Origin: Ochotona princeps
Taxonomy: Eukaryota
DNA: 64,000 nucleotides
Assembly: GCF_030435755.1 (NCBI RefSeq)
Contig: NC_080837.1
Location: 45,139,563 to 45,203,562 of the forward strand
Direction of reading: 5' to 3'
Both the position numbers and the translations under genes were made by a program. Each line of letters begins with the position of its first letter. Position 1 is the stretch's first letter. This document shows positions 13,744 to 26,929 of this stretch, piece after piece. The notes under the pieces were generated by a model. It was given only the letters and a program-made list of their open reading frames with translations. It did no database searches and was not told where the DNA came from.

Positions 13744-14292
13744 CTAGAAAATGGGCACAGGCCAGAGGTCATAAGGTTTTTTTGTAGTAAAATCAAGTGG
13801 AATTTTCAGACAATAGCAATGAGAATCCCTGAGCTTTAGCAAGCTAGGAATGCTCCTTTCATTTTCAAGCATCCTATCTCCCAAGTCATCACCCTGGTAA
13901 CCTCTCCATAAGCTGCTCACCCATCAACAGTGCTATTCCCGCTTAGCCTTCAGGACTCAACACAGCGTGTACCTCAGGCAGAGACCTGGACCTGATTGCA
14001 TTATTATGTTGCACACAGAAAAATTTCAGCATAAGAATAATCTATGGCTTCCATAGTTTAATGCTAATGATCTTAACACACTATTTGTCTTTGTATTTGC
14101 AGCACCCAAGTAGTTAGAATAGTGAGGGCTTAAACACACATATGTAGCCATTTCTAATATTTAAAGCCCATCAGGTTATTTATTCAGGGAAGCTGCTCAG
14201 GCACATGAAAATCATTTTCCCTCTCCTACATGTGCAGGTCTTTTGGAAGAGGGTAAATAAGACATAGCAGCTTGTAAGAAACACCAACTGTG

Positions 14293-14615
14293 CCCGGCGG
14301 CGTGGCCTAGCGGCTAAAGTCCTCGCCTTGAACGCCCTGGGATCCCATATGGGCGCCGGTTCTAATCCCGGCAGCTCCACTTCCCATCCAGCTCCCTGCT
14401 TGTGGCCTGGGAAAGCAGTCGAGGATGGCCCAATGCATTGGGACACTGCACCTGCGTGGGAGACCTGGAAGAGGTTCCTGGTTCCCAGCATCGGATCGGC
14501 CCGTTGCGGCTCACTTGGGGAGTGAATCATCGGATGGAAGATCTTCCTCTCTGTCTCTCCTCCTCTCTCTGTATATCTGACTTTGTAATAAAAATAAATC
14601 TTTAAAAAAAAAAAA
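14293..14615 (+). mobile_element. SINE (near-consensus) with TSD (aagaaacaccaact), in OSGEP intron 1
   Basis: The TSD is seen at both flanks. Confidence 0.85.
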
Positions 14616-14659
14616 AAGAAACACCAACTAAATGTTAAGGTGTTGGCGTTAAATTTTAA

Positions 14660-14972
14660 AAATATATATATTTAATTTTATTTGAAAGGAAGAGTTACAA
14701 CAGAGAGATAATGAAAGAGAAAGATCTTTCATCCACTGGTTCACTCCTCAAAAGGACACAGGGGCCAGAGCCGGGTCAATCTGAAGCCAGGAGCCAGGAG
14801 CGTCTTCCAGATCTCCCATGCCCAGTGCAGAGGCCCAAGCAGTCAGGCCATCCTCTGCTGCTTTCTCAGGCCACGACAAGGAGCTGGATCTGGAACTGAA
14901 GCAGCGCACATATGGAATGCTGATGCTGCAAGCGGAGGTTTACCTTGCTACATACTACAGCACAGGACCCCT
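14660..14972 (-). mobile_element. SINE in reverse orientation (divergent)
   Basis: The copy resembles the SINE consensus. Confidence 0.55.
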
Positions 14973-14994
14973 AACTTTACCATCTTAAGAGCCA

Positions 14995-15285
14995 GAAAAG
15001 GGTGGGTATTCTGGCGCTGGAGCCACTCACAACTCAGAGTGCCTGGATCGAGTTTCGGCTGCTCCACTTTCAATCCAAGTTCCTGCTGATGCGCATCTAA
15101 GGCACATGATGGCTCAAGTGTCCCTGGCAGCCATAAGTGGGAGAGGGGTGGAGTTCCTGGCCGGTGCCTTCTACCTAGCCCAGATAGGTCTTTGCGGATT
15201 GTATCCGTGTATGGCGGATCTCTCTCACACCCTCTGTTACCCTGCCTTTCGAGTAGATACAAACAGTAAAATGTAAAAATTCGTC
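14995..15285 (+). mobile_element. SINE-like element (older or other subfamily)
   Basis: Only the conserved core ccagctccctgct..ggcc is recognisable. Confidence 0.45.
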
Positions 15286-15367
15286 TCGATGAGTATCACG
15301 AAACCAGTCATTTCTACCTGGTACCTAACTGATAAGCCCTTCCACCATCTGTCCTCCACATCTTTCA

Positions 15368-16615
<1,248 letters not shown>

Positions 16616-16673
16616 ATGCCAAAGCGTGGGAAAAAGGGGGCCGCGGCAGAAGACGGGGAGGAGCCGAAGACTG
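16616..16673 (+). CDS. APEX1: APEX1 coding exon 1 (MPKRGKKGAAAEDGEEPKT)
   Basis: Within ORF 16532..16735. The ATG is at 16616 and a GTGAGA donor follows ACT G. Confidence 0.9.
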
Positions 16674-16905
16674 GTGAGAAAGCGAAGCCCCCTCCCTGCA
16701 GGTTGCAGTGGTGGTGGTGGGAGGAGTGTTTTTAATAGGCTTTATGCAATAATTAATAGGGGCCGACTCCTAACTCGGCCGATTCCTAACTGGTGCAGAA
16801 ATTCGAGGAAACCACGTTAACCGCAGGGTCCGGTGGGTTTACAGTGAACTCTGGATCCATGTTGGAAACCTCCAGTTATTATTGCTGTGTATTCTCGTTA
16901 TACAG

Positions 16906-17090
16906 AGCCAGAAGCCAAGAAGAGTAAAACAGCCAAGAAGAATGAAAAAGAGGCGACCGCAGAGGGCCCCGTTCTGTATGAGGACCCCCCAGATCAGAAA
17001 ACTTCGCCTAGCGGCAAAGCTGCCACTCTCAAGATCTGCTCCTGGAATGTGGATGGGCTTCGAGCCTGGATTAAGAAGAAAGGCTTAGAT
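16906..17090 (+). CDS. APEX1: APEX1 coding exon 2 ([62 protein letters not shown])
   Basis: Within ORF 16887..17123, with a tacag|AG acceptor and a GAT|GTGAGT donor. Confidence 0.9.
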
Positions 17091-17587
17091 GTGAGTGGGG
17101 TTCAAGGAGGGGCAAGGGAATGACCTCGGAACTTCATTATCTGTTTCATTTTAGTGCCCAGGATATAAATTTTTCTTTTTTTATGGGAGAGATACAAGAA
17201 ATACTTCACCGAGACTTGCCTAACTGTCCATTTCTTCCTTACTGTAGTTTTGTTGCTGTTGCAAAAAAACCTCTTTACTGGACTTCCTCCGTTTTAGCTC
17301 CGAATTACTCTGTATTCCAGGAACTACTCTAGCATCATCTTCATTCCAGTATCTTCTGCTTTCAAAAAATCTTAACTGGCTATTCACTGCCTTTAGGAAA
17401 AGCACCCCCTTAGTAAAGCATATGGGATTTTTCCTTCTTACATCGTCTCCTTGTCAGTTATGCAGCTGTTTGACTTTTGTGATGCTAGACAGCTCTGCTT
17501 GTGCACAAGGAATTGATTCCTCTGCACACAGATTGTTCAGGTGCTGTCTGCTGAATGGATCCATCCCCTCACCCTTTTCACTCACAG

Positions 17588-17780
17588 TGGATAAAGGAAG
17601 AAGCTCCAGACATCCTGTGCCTCCAAGAGACCAAATGTTCAGAGAACAAACTGCCGCCTGAACTTCAAGAGCTTTCTGGACTGTCTCATCAGTACTGGTC
17701 AGCTCCTTCAGACAAGGAAGGCTACAGTGGGGTGGGCCTGCTGTCCCGCCAGTGCCCACTCAAAGTCTCCTACGGCATTG
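17588..17780 (+). CDS. APEX1: APEX1 coding exon 3 ([64 protein letters not shown])
   Basis: Within ORF 17555..17890, with a cacag|TGG acceptor and an ATT G|GTAAGA donor. Confidence 0.9.
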
Positions 17781-17909
17781 GTAAGACCCTGTTGACCCCA
17801 GGGCCCAGTTACTGTATTAGTATTATTCCATCCCTTTCATCACTCTTGCTTTATTCTTGTTTTCTCTTTCCTTGTGGTTCTGCATGCTGATTCTTTTCCA
17901 CTATTTTAG

Positions 17910-18427
17910 GTGAAGAAGAGCATGATCAGGAAGGCCGGGTGATTGTGGCTGAATTTGATGCATTTGTGCTGGTGACAGCCTATGTGCCTAATGCAGGGCG
18001 TGGTCTGGTAAGGTTGGAGTACCGACAGCGCTGGGATGAAGCCTTTCGAAAGTTCCTGAAGGGCTTGGCTTCTCGCAAGCCTCTTGTGCTGTGTGGGGAC
18101 CTCAATGTGGCGCATGAGGAAATTGACCTTCGCAATCCCAAGGGAAACAAAAAGAACGCGGGCTTCACTCCACAAGAGCGCCAGGGCTTTGGGGAATTGC
18201 TGCAGGCTGTGCCACTGACCGACAGCTTTCGGCACCTATACCCTGATACTGCTTATGCCTATACCTTTTGGACTTACATGATGAATGCCCGGTCCAAGAA
18301 CGTTGGTTGGCGCCTTGATTACTTTTTGTTGTCCGACTCTCTGTTGCCTGCCTTGTGCGACAGCAAGATCCGTTCCAAGGCCCTGGGCAGTGATCACTGC
18401 CCCATCACCCTATACCTAGCACTGTGA
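17910..18427 (+). CDS. APEX1: APEX1 coding exon 4 ([16 protein letters not shown]...[10 protein letters not shown] stop)
   Basis: ORF 17939..18427, with a ttttag|GT acceptor. The total CDS is 954 nt (317 aa), about 95% identical to human APE1. The catalytic-region motifs [14 protein letters not shown] and SDHCPITL are present. Confidence 0.9.
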
Positions 18428-18660
18428 CGCCTCCCCCAAATTACTTTGAGCCAGGAAATAGAATTCTTTCTCTCAGAGCTCTCTAGTGAAATCTGCACTG
18501 TATTTTTCTCCTGTATAGCCATGAATCCTTCAAGTAGGCTCCTATCACAGACTTAGGTTTCTCTAAAGGCTCCTAAGGTGTTGGTTTTGTGAAGTTCTAT
18601 GTCCCTTCTCCCACACTCATGCTTTTTTTAATTTCAAAAAAATGGTGAACTATATGTGAA

Positions 18661-18666
18661 AATAAA
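18661..18666 (+). terminator. APEX1: APEX1 polyadenylation signal AATAAA
   Basis: AATAAA lies about 235 nt after the stop codon. Confidence 0.5.
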
Positions 18667-18765
18667 AGCTCATAATTTTACTCCTTTGTGGAGCTACACC
18701 TTGTGTTTTTTGTTTGCTTTTCATTCATGCGCGTTGACCACTAGGAAAGGGCAGAGTCATGACCT

Positions 18766-18775
18766 TATTTATTTA
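18766..18775 (-). terminator. PIP4P1: PIP4P1 polyadenylation signal (TTTATT on plus, AATAAA on minus)
   Basis: TTATTTATTT on the plus strand lies about 660 nt downstream (minus sense) of the PIP4P1 stop at 19429. It converges with the APEX1 3' end about 100 nt away. Confidence 0.4.
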
Positions 18776-19428
18776 CAAGTACAGGATGAGTTCCTAACCT
18801 CCCCCAAGACAGCAATCCCGCCCAGCCCAGTCAAATACTGCAGCTGGGAGGTGAGGAAGGTTTGGAGTTAAGGGAAATACAGGACAAGGGGAACATACCC
18901 CAAATTAAATAGTTCTATGTACATCAGTTCTTGTGGTTCTGTACAATCAGCGGCTGACCCCACCCTCATAGGACATGGAATGTGGGAGAGGAGGTGGAGG
19001 GTACTGAAGCCAGAGCCAGCCCCTGGTGAAGTGCAATAGCAGCAGCAAGGTCCCAGCGGTGCTAAGGACCCGGAGGGACCCCCAGGGCTGCCCAGCCCTG
19101 CCGCCCTGGACTGTCTAAGGAACAGGAAAAGGCTCAGGGAGCATTTGGGAAGAACAGGGCTAGAACCGTCATGAGGACCCAGGCATCAGGGCAATGTTTT
19201 GTCTGTTTTACCCTCAACAGCAATCCTTGGAGGGAAGCAGATGGCCAGGGTCTCCTCCACCCCTCCAAACCAAGCCATGGCCTGGGTCCTTCCTATCTCT
19301 CCCCAGGGAAAAGGAAGGCAGCTGCTCGGCCTCCTTCGAGAAGCCCAGGGAGTCGGCCCAGTACCCTCAGTAGTGTCGTTGTCCCCACCAGTGAGAGGCC
19401 AGGCACAGTCTGTGGGTCATCGTGGAGC

Positions 19429-19572
19429 TCAGGAGAAGTTCTGAACAGGGTGGCTGACCTTCATGCAGGCCCAATAGAGGGCCCGGCCCAAACACAGCAC
19501 AGCCAACAGGATCACAAATGCCCAGGCTGCATAGATGCCTCCATACTGCCGCGCCTGCTCCCATGTGCCAAA
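19429..19572 (-). CDS. PIP4P1: PIP4P1/TMEM55B exon 7 ([47 protein letters not shown] stop)
   Basis: The reverse complement has a gtcag|TTT acceptor and ends at a TGA stop. The match to the human C-terminus is near-identical. Confidence 0.85.
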   Translation of the reverse strand, partial: FGTWEQARQYGGIYAAWAFVILLAVLCLGRALYWACMKVSHPVQNFS

Positions 19573-20027
19573 CTGACAAGGAAAAGGGGGAAGAAAAATG
19601 AGGTTACTGTGGATTGCCCACTACTTCCTAGAACCCCCAAGTACAGGAGCAGAACTCAGATTTCAGTCCCTAATCCCTATCCACACAGAAGACACCTCCA
19701 GCAACTTTTCCAGAGCTCCCCCAAGACAGGGATAATCTCATAGCAACCCAGACAGACATCAAGTCTCTTTTGATACCTGATGACTGAGCCAGGCTTCCTA
19801 AGGGCAATTCGGCACCATCTAGTTCTATATTCTGGGATCCTCTCTACAGAGAATGGCTGCTTTGTACTCCTTTGCAGACAGCAGCCTGTCCACATGACAA
19901 CAAACCAGTCCTTTACCCCCAGTTTCTTTCTTTCTTTTTTTTTTTTTTTAAGAGGCCTTACTTCCCCAGTCATAGCCTATGGAGATCAAGCTAAGGAATG
20001 AAAGGGGTTAGGGTCAAGGTTACTCAC

Positions 20028-20118
20028 AGCAAGGCCAGTAGCAGTGACTGCCAAGAGTAAACCAAGCAAGAAGCAACAGACACATCTCTTTCGCGGGTAT
20101 CTGCGCCCGATGGATGAC
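20028..20118 (-). CDS. PIP4P1: PIP4P1 exon 6 (VSSIGRRYPRKRCVCCFLLGLLLAVTATGLA)
   Basis: The reverse complement has a ccccacag|G acceptor and a GCT|GTGAGT donor. It encodes the first transmembrane helix. Confidence 0.85.
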
Positions 20119-20203
20119 CTGTGGGGAGGCAAACAACTTGCAGTGGTCCAGTAGCTTCACTGCACACACCACTCCGGTGCCGGTTCTGTCCGTAATCACT
20201 TAC

Positions 20204-20256
20204 ACTTTCCTGCAGTGAGGGCACCGTGCCAAGGTTCGGTCTGTGAACTCTGTCCA
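20204..20256 (-). CDS. PIP4P1: PIP4P1 exon 5 (WTEFTDRTLARCPHCRK)
   Basis: The reverse complement has a ccctag|TGG acceptor and a GT|GTAAGTG donor. Confidence 0.85.
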
Positions 20257-20445
20257 CTAGGGAGAGAGGAAAAGACACTTAGAGAAGCAGGGACTTTCTC
20301 CAGAGAAGGCCAGAGCGGGGGAGCATGGGAGATGCATCACAACAGGACAAATTTTCCCAGGATTCATTGCCATTACCCTGACACATATACTCATACTCAC
20401 TCCTGGCCTTTTCCCCCCACAAGGCTCCCCACACCCCCTCCTCAC

Positions 20446-20551
20446 CAGAAAAGTATTCTTGCAGTGTCCACAGGTGACTCGGACACCCACAGGTTGTGGT
20501 TCTGGACTCAGAGGTCCCGGATGCACTGGTCCCAGATTGATGATTCTTTTG
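20446..20551 (-). CDS. PIP4P1: PIP4P1 exon 4 ([36 protein letters not shown])
   Basis: Minus ORF 20257..20526, with an atatatag|C acceptor and a CTG|GTGAGG donor. Confidence 0.85.
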
Positions 20552-20950
20552 CTATATATGAAACAAAGACCTTATGTGAAAAGTTTTGTGTTCAAAAGAT
20601 CCCCCACAATGGGACCCTAGCTTCTCTCTCTGTGTCAAGTTCCTCAGTTTCTAGGACACTTAAGATACTCTCTCTCCAGTCCAACTTCAGAGAATCCTGG
20701 AAGAACGCAGCTTCAATCCAAGATCTCCGACTCCCCTAGAACTCCACAATAATGCACCCAGGCCCCCAAGCTCTCACTTCTCTTGGAGGACACCGTTTCA
20801 TCCCAATGTGTCTAGTGGGAAATGAGGAAATGGTTCCAACATTTCTGAAGTGCTGTGTTCCATGGCTTCTTGTCCTTCTAAATCCTCTAAGAACTCTACC
20901 AGTTTTCAGCTTTCCAATTTTTCCTACTCAGGGTTGCACCCGCCTCTTAC

Positions 20951-21057
20951 CAGTAGGGCCGAGGACAGGCAATCCGTTGGGAAGTTACTTTGCAGATAAG
21001 CAGGCAGTTACAGGGGCATCGGACATATTTTTTCCCTTGAGGTGCATTCTTGATGGG
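20951..21057 (-). CDS. PIP4P1: PIP4P1 exon 3 ([35 protein letters not shown])
   Basis: The reverse complement has a tag|CCC acceptor and a TAC TG|GTAAGA donor. It encodes the conserved CX5R phosphatase-region cysteines. Confidence 0.85.
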
Positions 21058-21412
21058 CTAGAGAATAAGGGTGACATTAGCAAGCAAATCTCTAATCCCA
21101 ATCCCTTCCATTTCCCTCCAAAATCACTTTGAGAGAAAACAGATAAAGAAGGTCCTAACCAAAAAGGAGAAATGAAAGCAAGCCTGCATCACAAGATCTG
21201 TAAATGAGAACTAGGCTTCAGTACCCGCGATTGGTGTGAAGCCACCCGGGCTGGTGAACATTAGCTGTGGGGAGTGGCTCCTGGGGGGACTGCTGGAACT
21301 GAAACCTGAGTTTCGTTAAGAATTCTTGGCGAATGCTTGGTGGGTCTACAATCAAGAAATTGGAAAGGAAGATCCGGGAAACCAAGGCCCATTTCCTATA
21401 TGTGAAACTCAC

Positions 21413-21603
21413 TGTGGCTTCGTTGCAGACACCACATTTGACTACATGCTGATGCATCTTGCCTTCCACATTGATGAGAGAATGGCAGACTCGGCAGGTG
21501 ATCATGGGGGCACTCCCACTGTCCGGGCTGGTCAGCGGTGAGTAGGGGGGTGGGTCTTCCCCAGGCAACACAGCAGGATGCCCCTCGGGGAATGGGGGAA
21601 ATG
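21413..21603 (-). CDS. PIP4P1: PIP4P1 exon 2 ([64 protein letters not shown])
   Basis: Minus ORF 21218..21571, with a cctcag|CA acceptor and an ACA|GTGAGT donor. Confidence 0.85.
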
Positions 21604-21980
21604 CTGAGGAAGAAGATAGACAGAAGGGCTAGGATCACTTACAGACACCTCCCCCCCAAGGATGCTCCACCGAAACAGGGAGCTTTCTCCGATTCCCAAC
21701 CCTTCTGACCAAGCTCGGCGGGCTTCTCATAGTCGGCATTTCACTCCACTTCCTCAGAACCCCCTTCCCTTCCCACGCTCAGGATGCGATTACAGAGAGG
21801 AAGAAACTTTACCCTGACGCAGGTGAGGAAAGAAACCTCACCCCATGGCAGGTGCCACAGACCTGCACCTGACGCTCGGACCCCGCCTCCGCCCTCGGCC
21901 CCGCCTCTCGCCTCCTCTCAGAGCACCCCGGGGAATAAATCGGACCCGCCCCGGCTTACCCTGGGGCGGGGCATGTTTAC

Positions 21981-22122
21981 CGGCTCCATACGGTGGGGCG
22001 GAGGGGGTCAGGCCTCCCCCGGGCCCAACCCCACTCCCTCCCGGCCCCACTAAACCGTTGCCGCCAGCGCCTCCGTCGATGGGTTCGGACAGCAGAGGGG
22101 AACGCTCTCCATCTGCCGCCAT
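21981..22122 (-). CDS. PIP4P1: PIP4P1 exon 1 coding part (MAADGERSPLLSEPIDGGAGGNGLVGPGGSGVGPGGGLTPSAPPYGA)
   Basis: Minus ORF 21838..22122, with a GCC G|GTAAAC donor. The seven exons sum to 834 nt, giving 277 aa as in human TMEM55B. Confidence 0.9.
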
Positions 22123-22750
22123 GGCTGCTACCGCCGCCGCCTCCCGCTCCGATCAGCGATCCGGCCGCTGCCGCCGCCGCCGCCGCCGCCGCCACCGCCG
22201 CCGCCACCGCCGCCGCTACCGCCGCTACCGGGTCCCCAGGGCGCCTGCGCGCCGCGAGCCCCGCTCACCCCGCAACCAGCGGCCTGCCCCGCCCCGTTCC
22301 GCCCCGCAGCACGTGATAGGCTGTCTCCGCCCTCGCCGTGCTATTATTCGCGGCGATAAGCCAATCCCGAGTCTAAGAAGGGCAGCTTTCCGTTTCCATT
22401 GGGTAGCGTGAGATGCATATCAACGGTCACATGACTTACCGAGAGAGGCTGAACTTGCAAAAATCGCACGTGACTAGAGGCTGTGCGAGCCATTGGAAGC
22501 GCGGCCCATCGCGCTACCTCCAGACCAGGAGGTGGGGCCGGGTCATGTGCTGCGGGGAGCTACGCCGCCTCGGTTGCGCGGGGTGACGTGACGCGTGCTC
22601 TTCTGCTCATTGGCCTAGCGACATCACTGAAACGCTCCTGTCCCTCTTTACGAGGAAAGCGGCCTCCCATTGGCTGGTGGTCCTGTGATTCTTGGGCAAT
22701 CACTGTATTGGCTCGAACTTAGCGCCAGAACGTGAGGGCGTGCCTTCAGT
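22123..22750 (-). promoter_or_regulatory. PIP4P1: PIP4P1 CpG-island promoter with multiple NF-Y (inverted CCAAT) boxes and CLEAR-like E-boxes
   Basis: ATTGG motifs occur at about 22397, 22488, 22607, 22668 and 22705. E-boxes are GTCACATGAC at about 22426, GCACGTGAC at about 22468, GTCATGTGC at about 22543 and TGACGTGACGCGTG at about 22583. Confidence 0.6.
22140..22230. repeat. (CCG/CGG)n trinucleotide repeat of about 90 nt in the PIP4P1 5' UTR/promoter
   Basis: The stretch ccgccgccgccgccgccgccgccaccgccgccgccaccgccgccgctaccgccgctaccg begins about 20 nt upstream of the PIP4P1 ATG on its sense strand. Confidence 0.9.
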
Positions 22751-24584
22751 GTGTTGAGGGGAGGGACAATCCCAGAATGCAGAATCTTGGGCAGTTCTGA
22801 GGACCGATCTAGGAGTGGTAGGCGATCAGGCCCTGTTAGGTACCCTCCTGGGGTGTGGGGGATGCCTTTCAAAAGTCAAGGATGGCGTTGTGGCGCCCAC
22901 ATCCCATAGTGGAGATTTGATTGCGCTCTGGCTACTCTGCTTCGCATCCAGCTTCTCGCTAAAGCTCCTGGCAAGGTGGTGGATCACGGTCCCCCGCCAG
23001 CCGCATGGGAGACCCAGCTGGAGTTCTCCCTCCTGGCTGCGCCTGACCCAGCGTTGGCTGTTGAGGGCATGTTAGCGAGTGAGCCAGGAAATGGACTTCT
23101 CCCCGTCTTTCGTCTCCATCCCACTCCTCTTCCTTTGTCACTCTGCCTTTCCAATAAATAAGTTAAAAAAAAATACTTAAGAATGTTTGCTAAGATCGTA
23201 ATCCATGGTTTCTTGCTGCAATCAGTTCTAGAACAGGACACGAAATCTTAACCCCCCCACACACACTGATCAGATTGAAAGGTTACCAGGTTGCAGTGTC
23301 TGCGCCACTCAATTTTGTGAGCACTAACCCTTTAATGTTACACTAAATGTTCTTGAATTTGCCAATCATCTCCAAGGTGATTTGTCTTCTGGTGGCACAT
23401 GGGACAGCTTCTGTGCCTTGAGCGAGGAAGTTGGTCATAGAGGTTATTTTAGTGTTTAAGTGAGCAACTCAGACATTTGAACAGAGAGCCTTTTCACCCA
23501 CCCATTTCTGATCATCCTTATGAGGAATCTCAGTATCAAAATCCCAACTATTTGTTCATGGCTCATTGCTACTAAGAAACTGAATTTGCAGGCCAAACAG
23601 CCTATGTGACCGTTAGCAGTGATGGGCCCCAATTCTCATGAATCAAGGTCCATCTAATTCTGATTATCTCATAGGTGGCTCCAAGTAATTAAGTGGGTGC
23701 TTACCTTAGTTGCTAGAGGCAGGGTCTGTCCAGCCGAGTTAGGTAGGGAATGTGTGGTATTTCTCCTCACCTTGCTCGCTATTGTGAATTGCCCCTTTCC
23801 AAGCTATTGTGGACTGCCCCTATTAAAATTCTGTGGATGTGCTGTTCAGCGGGCCATATTCTGGTAAGGGGTGTTGGTCCCAGCTGGCCGGCTGGCTGGT
23901 CGGTCTGCTGGTTGACTGCTCTCTACCAACAACCCAAGCTCGGACATGTCAAGCTTAAATAACTTATGCAGCCAAGCTTGAATAACTTGTGCACTTGAAT
24001 CGACTCCTGGTGATTTCTGGGGATCTCAAAATCTGTGCACAACACTTATCTGCCTCGGCTTTCACGGGAGAGATCAGGCTCTGTCACTCCTCGTCAGAGT
24101 TATTGTACATGGTACTAAACAGATGAAATGTTTAGGATTCCTTCCCTCCTACACTGAGGGAAACTTTATTCTTTGTAGTTTCAACATTGTTGAATGATTC
24201 AGAGTTAAGATCTGGGCTGACTGACAGTCAAGGCGTACTGCCCTTACTTTTGAGAATGATTTGGAAAGTCTTCTTTAGTTCTGTAAGTATGGGGTGGGTA
24301 GGCTATTATTTGGGGATTAATGGTGAAGGCTAGGCAAAAAAAAAGAAAGAAAGAAAAAATGATTCACTAAGAAATGTTTGCTTTGCAGGGTTACTAAAGT
24401 GATGTTCCTTAGCTACGCAAATACAAGATGCAAAGGTGCCCTGGGAATAGGAAATGGGAGGTACAATTGGTCTCTTTTCATATTTGGTATCCTCAACCAT
24501 GGAGTCAACAAACCACAGACCAGAAAAAATATATATTATTTTTAAGTTGCAAGAAAGAGAAATGCTATGATTTTTAAGTAGAGA

Positions 24585-25215
24585 CTGGGCGCCAGTGCAG
24601 TAATGTAGCAAGCTAATCCTCAGCCTGTGGCACCGGCACCTCATACTCGTTCTGCTGCTGCACTTCTGATCCAGCTCCTTGCTGATGGACTAGGAAAGCA
24701 GCTGAAGATAGGACCCGGCATGGTGGCCTAGCGGCTAAAGTCCTCACCGCGAATGGGCTGGATTCCCATATGTGTGCAGCCCCGCTTCCCATCCAACTCC
24801 CTGCTTGTGGCCTGGAAAAGTCGTCGAGGATGGCCCCAAAGTCTTGGGACCCTGCACCCACGTGGGAGACCCAGAAGAATTCCTGGCTCCTGGCTTTGGA
24901 TTGGCTCAGCTCCAGCCGTTGCAGCCACTTATGGAGTGAACCATCGGATGGAAGGTCTTCCTCTCTGTCTCTCCTCCTCTGTATATCTGCATTTGCAATA
25001 AAAACAAATACATTTTAAAAAGCAGCTGAGGATGGCCCAGGTCTAGGGTCCTGCACCCAGGTGGGAGACCTAGAAGAAGCTCCTCCCTACTGGCTTCAGA
25101 TAGGCTCAGCTCTAGTTGTTGTTGCCATTTAGGAAGTGAACCAGTGCTAGAAGACCTTCTTTCTCCTTTTCACTGTAAATCTGCCTTTCAAATACAATAA
25201 ATCTCAAAAAATATT
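24585..25215 (+). mobile_element. Older SINE interrupted by a nested younger SINE insertion
   Basis: The outer element is split at aaagcagctgaagatagg / aaagcagctgaggatgg, which duplicate at the insertion point. Confidence 0.7.
24715..25015 (+). mobile_element. Nested SINE inserted into the previous SINE
   Basis: The copy has a complete head, core and tail. Confidence 0.75.
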
Positions 25216-25229
25216 AGAAGTTGTCACTG

Positions 25230-25460
25230 GGTATAGGCGTTGCAAGCATAGCAGGTAAGCCCTGGCTTGCATTACTCACAGCCCCTATCAGCCTAGGGTC
25301 ATGTCCTGCCTCTCTTTCCCATCCAGCTTCCCGCTAATGCATCCAATGGACTGGAAATGGCACTCATAGGGTTTGCCAGCACTGCAGGCTTTACCCGCTG
25401 TGCCACAGTGCCAGCCCCATCACATCTCTTTTTGTCCATCACTCTGCTTTTCCAAGAAAG
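25230..25460 (+). mobile_element. SINE-like fragment
   Basis: Only the conserved core is recognisable. Confidence 0.4.
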
Positions 25461-26370
25461 TTGTATCTGACTGAACGCGTACAGGCTTTTCTTCCTTGTG
25501 ATTTTCTAAATAATACAATGTGACAATTTATGCAGCAGACACATTGTGTTAGGAATTAGAAGTAATTTAAAGTACTCAGGAGATTGTGCGTACATTATAT
25601 TGCAACACTGTGCCTTTTATGTAAGGGACATGAGCGTCCACAGAGATTGGCATCCTCAGGGGTCCTGGCACAAAGTCTTCTTCCCCAATCCCAGATATCA
25701 AGAGGCCAAAGGGAGATCATTCTGACCACCTGCTCTTGGGAAATGTCTCGTCTGTTCTATCAGAGGAGTGATCTCCTTGTCTGAGAGGACTACTTTTCCC
25801 TGAAGAACACCAGAGGGAAAGGTTTTGCCTGACCCCTTCCCGGACTGAAGCATAACCTTGACCGTCACTCACCAAGCCAAGGAGCAGTGTGCCCTGCCAG
25901 CCTCTGCCCTCCCCAGCAGCCTCACGTGGCCTTCATGGCATCCTGAACCCTCCCTGGGTTTTATCCAAATCACTATGGAAAGCAACGGGAACTGATAAAG
26001 GAGCAGACTCTGAAAGCCATGAACAATATGCTGGAAGCCTCTCAACAAAGCTCAAAACTGAAGTCCAGCCGGCCTCAGATAGTAAAGAAGAAACTGCTGT
26101 CCCCAGCCTTGTGGCTGCCCCAGGAGCTGGACACCTGACTTCTGTGCTGATGGTGAGGCACATTTTTTTTCTCAGACCAGCTTATAGTTAGAAGCTACTG
26201 TCCTTGTAACAAGCAGTTAGATCTTCCTTCCCACCTCTGCTGGCTAACTAAAGGCCTTCTGGACACAAAATGGGGAAGGAATTATAGGGCTAAAAGGGGA
26301 CAGGCCACTTTACTGCTCTTCCTGCTTGTATTGGTACACAAATACTGAAGAATTCACTGAGGGGGGCCTG

Positions 26371-26700
26371 GCGGCGTGGCCTAGCGGCTAAAGTCCTTGC
26401 CTTGAAAGCCCCGGGATCCCATACAGGCGCCGGTTCTAATACCAGCAGCTCCACTTCCCATCCAGCTCCCTGCTTGTGGCCTGGGAAAGCAGTCGAGGAC
26501 AGCCCAAGGCTTTAGGACCCTGCACCCGCGTGGGAGACCTGGAGAGGTTGCTGGTTCCCGGCTTCGGATCAGCGCGTATCGGCCCGTTGCGGCTCACTTG
26601 GGGAGTGAATCATTGGACGGAAGATCTTCCTCTCTGTCTCTCCTCTCTGTATATCTGACTTTGTAATAAAATAAATAAATCTTTAGGAAAAAAAAAAAGA
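26371..26700 (+). mobile_element. SINE (near-consensus) with TSD (aagaattcactgagggg)
   Basis: The TSD is seen at both flanks. Confidence 0.85.
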
Positions 26701-26929
26701 ATTCACTGAGGGGTTGCAACATTGTGTGTGTGTGCTTTTGTCATTTCCCTACCCTCATCCGAGTTATATTTGATGGTCATTTAGATCTAATTATATCTAC
26801 TTAAAGTTAAGGGGAGAGATGGAGAACCGAATATAGTCCCACGAATTTCACAGGAATGGCTGGATAGAAATGTCTTGATTTTGTTTTGTTTTTCTTTTTG
26901 TTGTTATTGTTTTGGCTTTAGGTGGAGTT

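Noticed and set aside
21845-22411. 188-aa plus-strand ORF with poly-Arg/His tracts over the PIP4P1 5' end
   Set aside because: It is the translation of the (CCG)n repeat and GC-rich promoter on the antisense strand, which is a spurious ORF.
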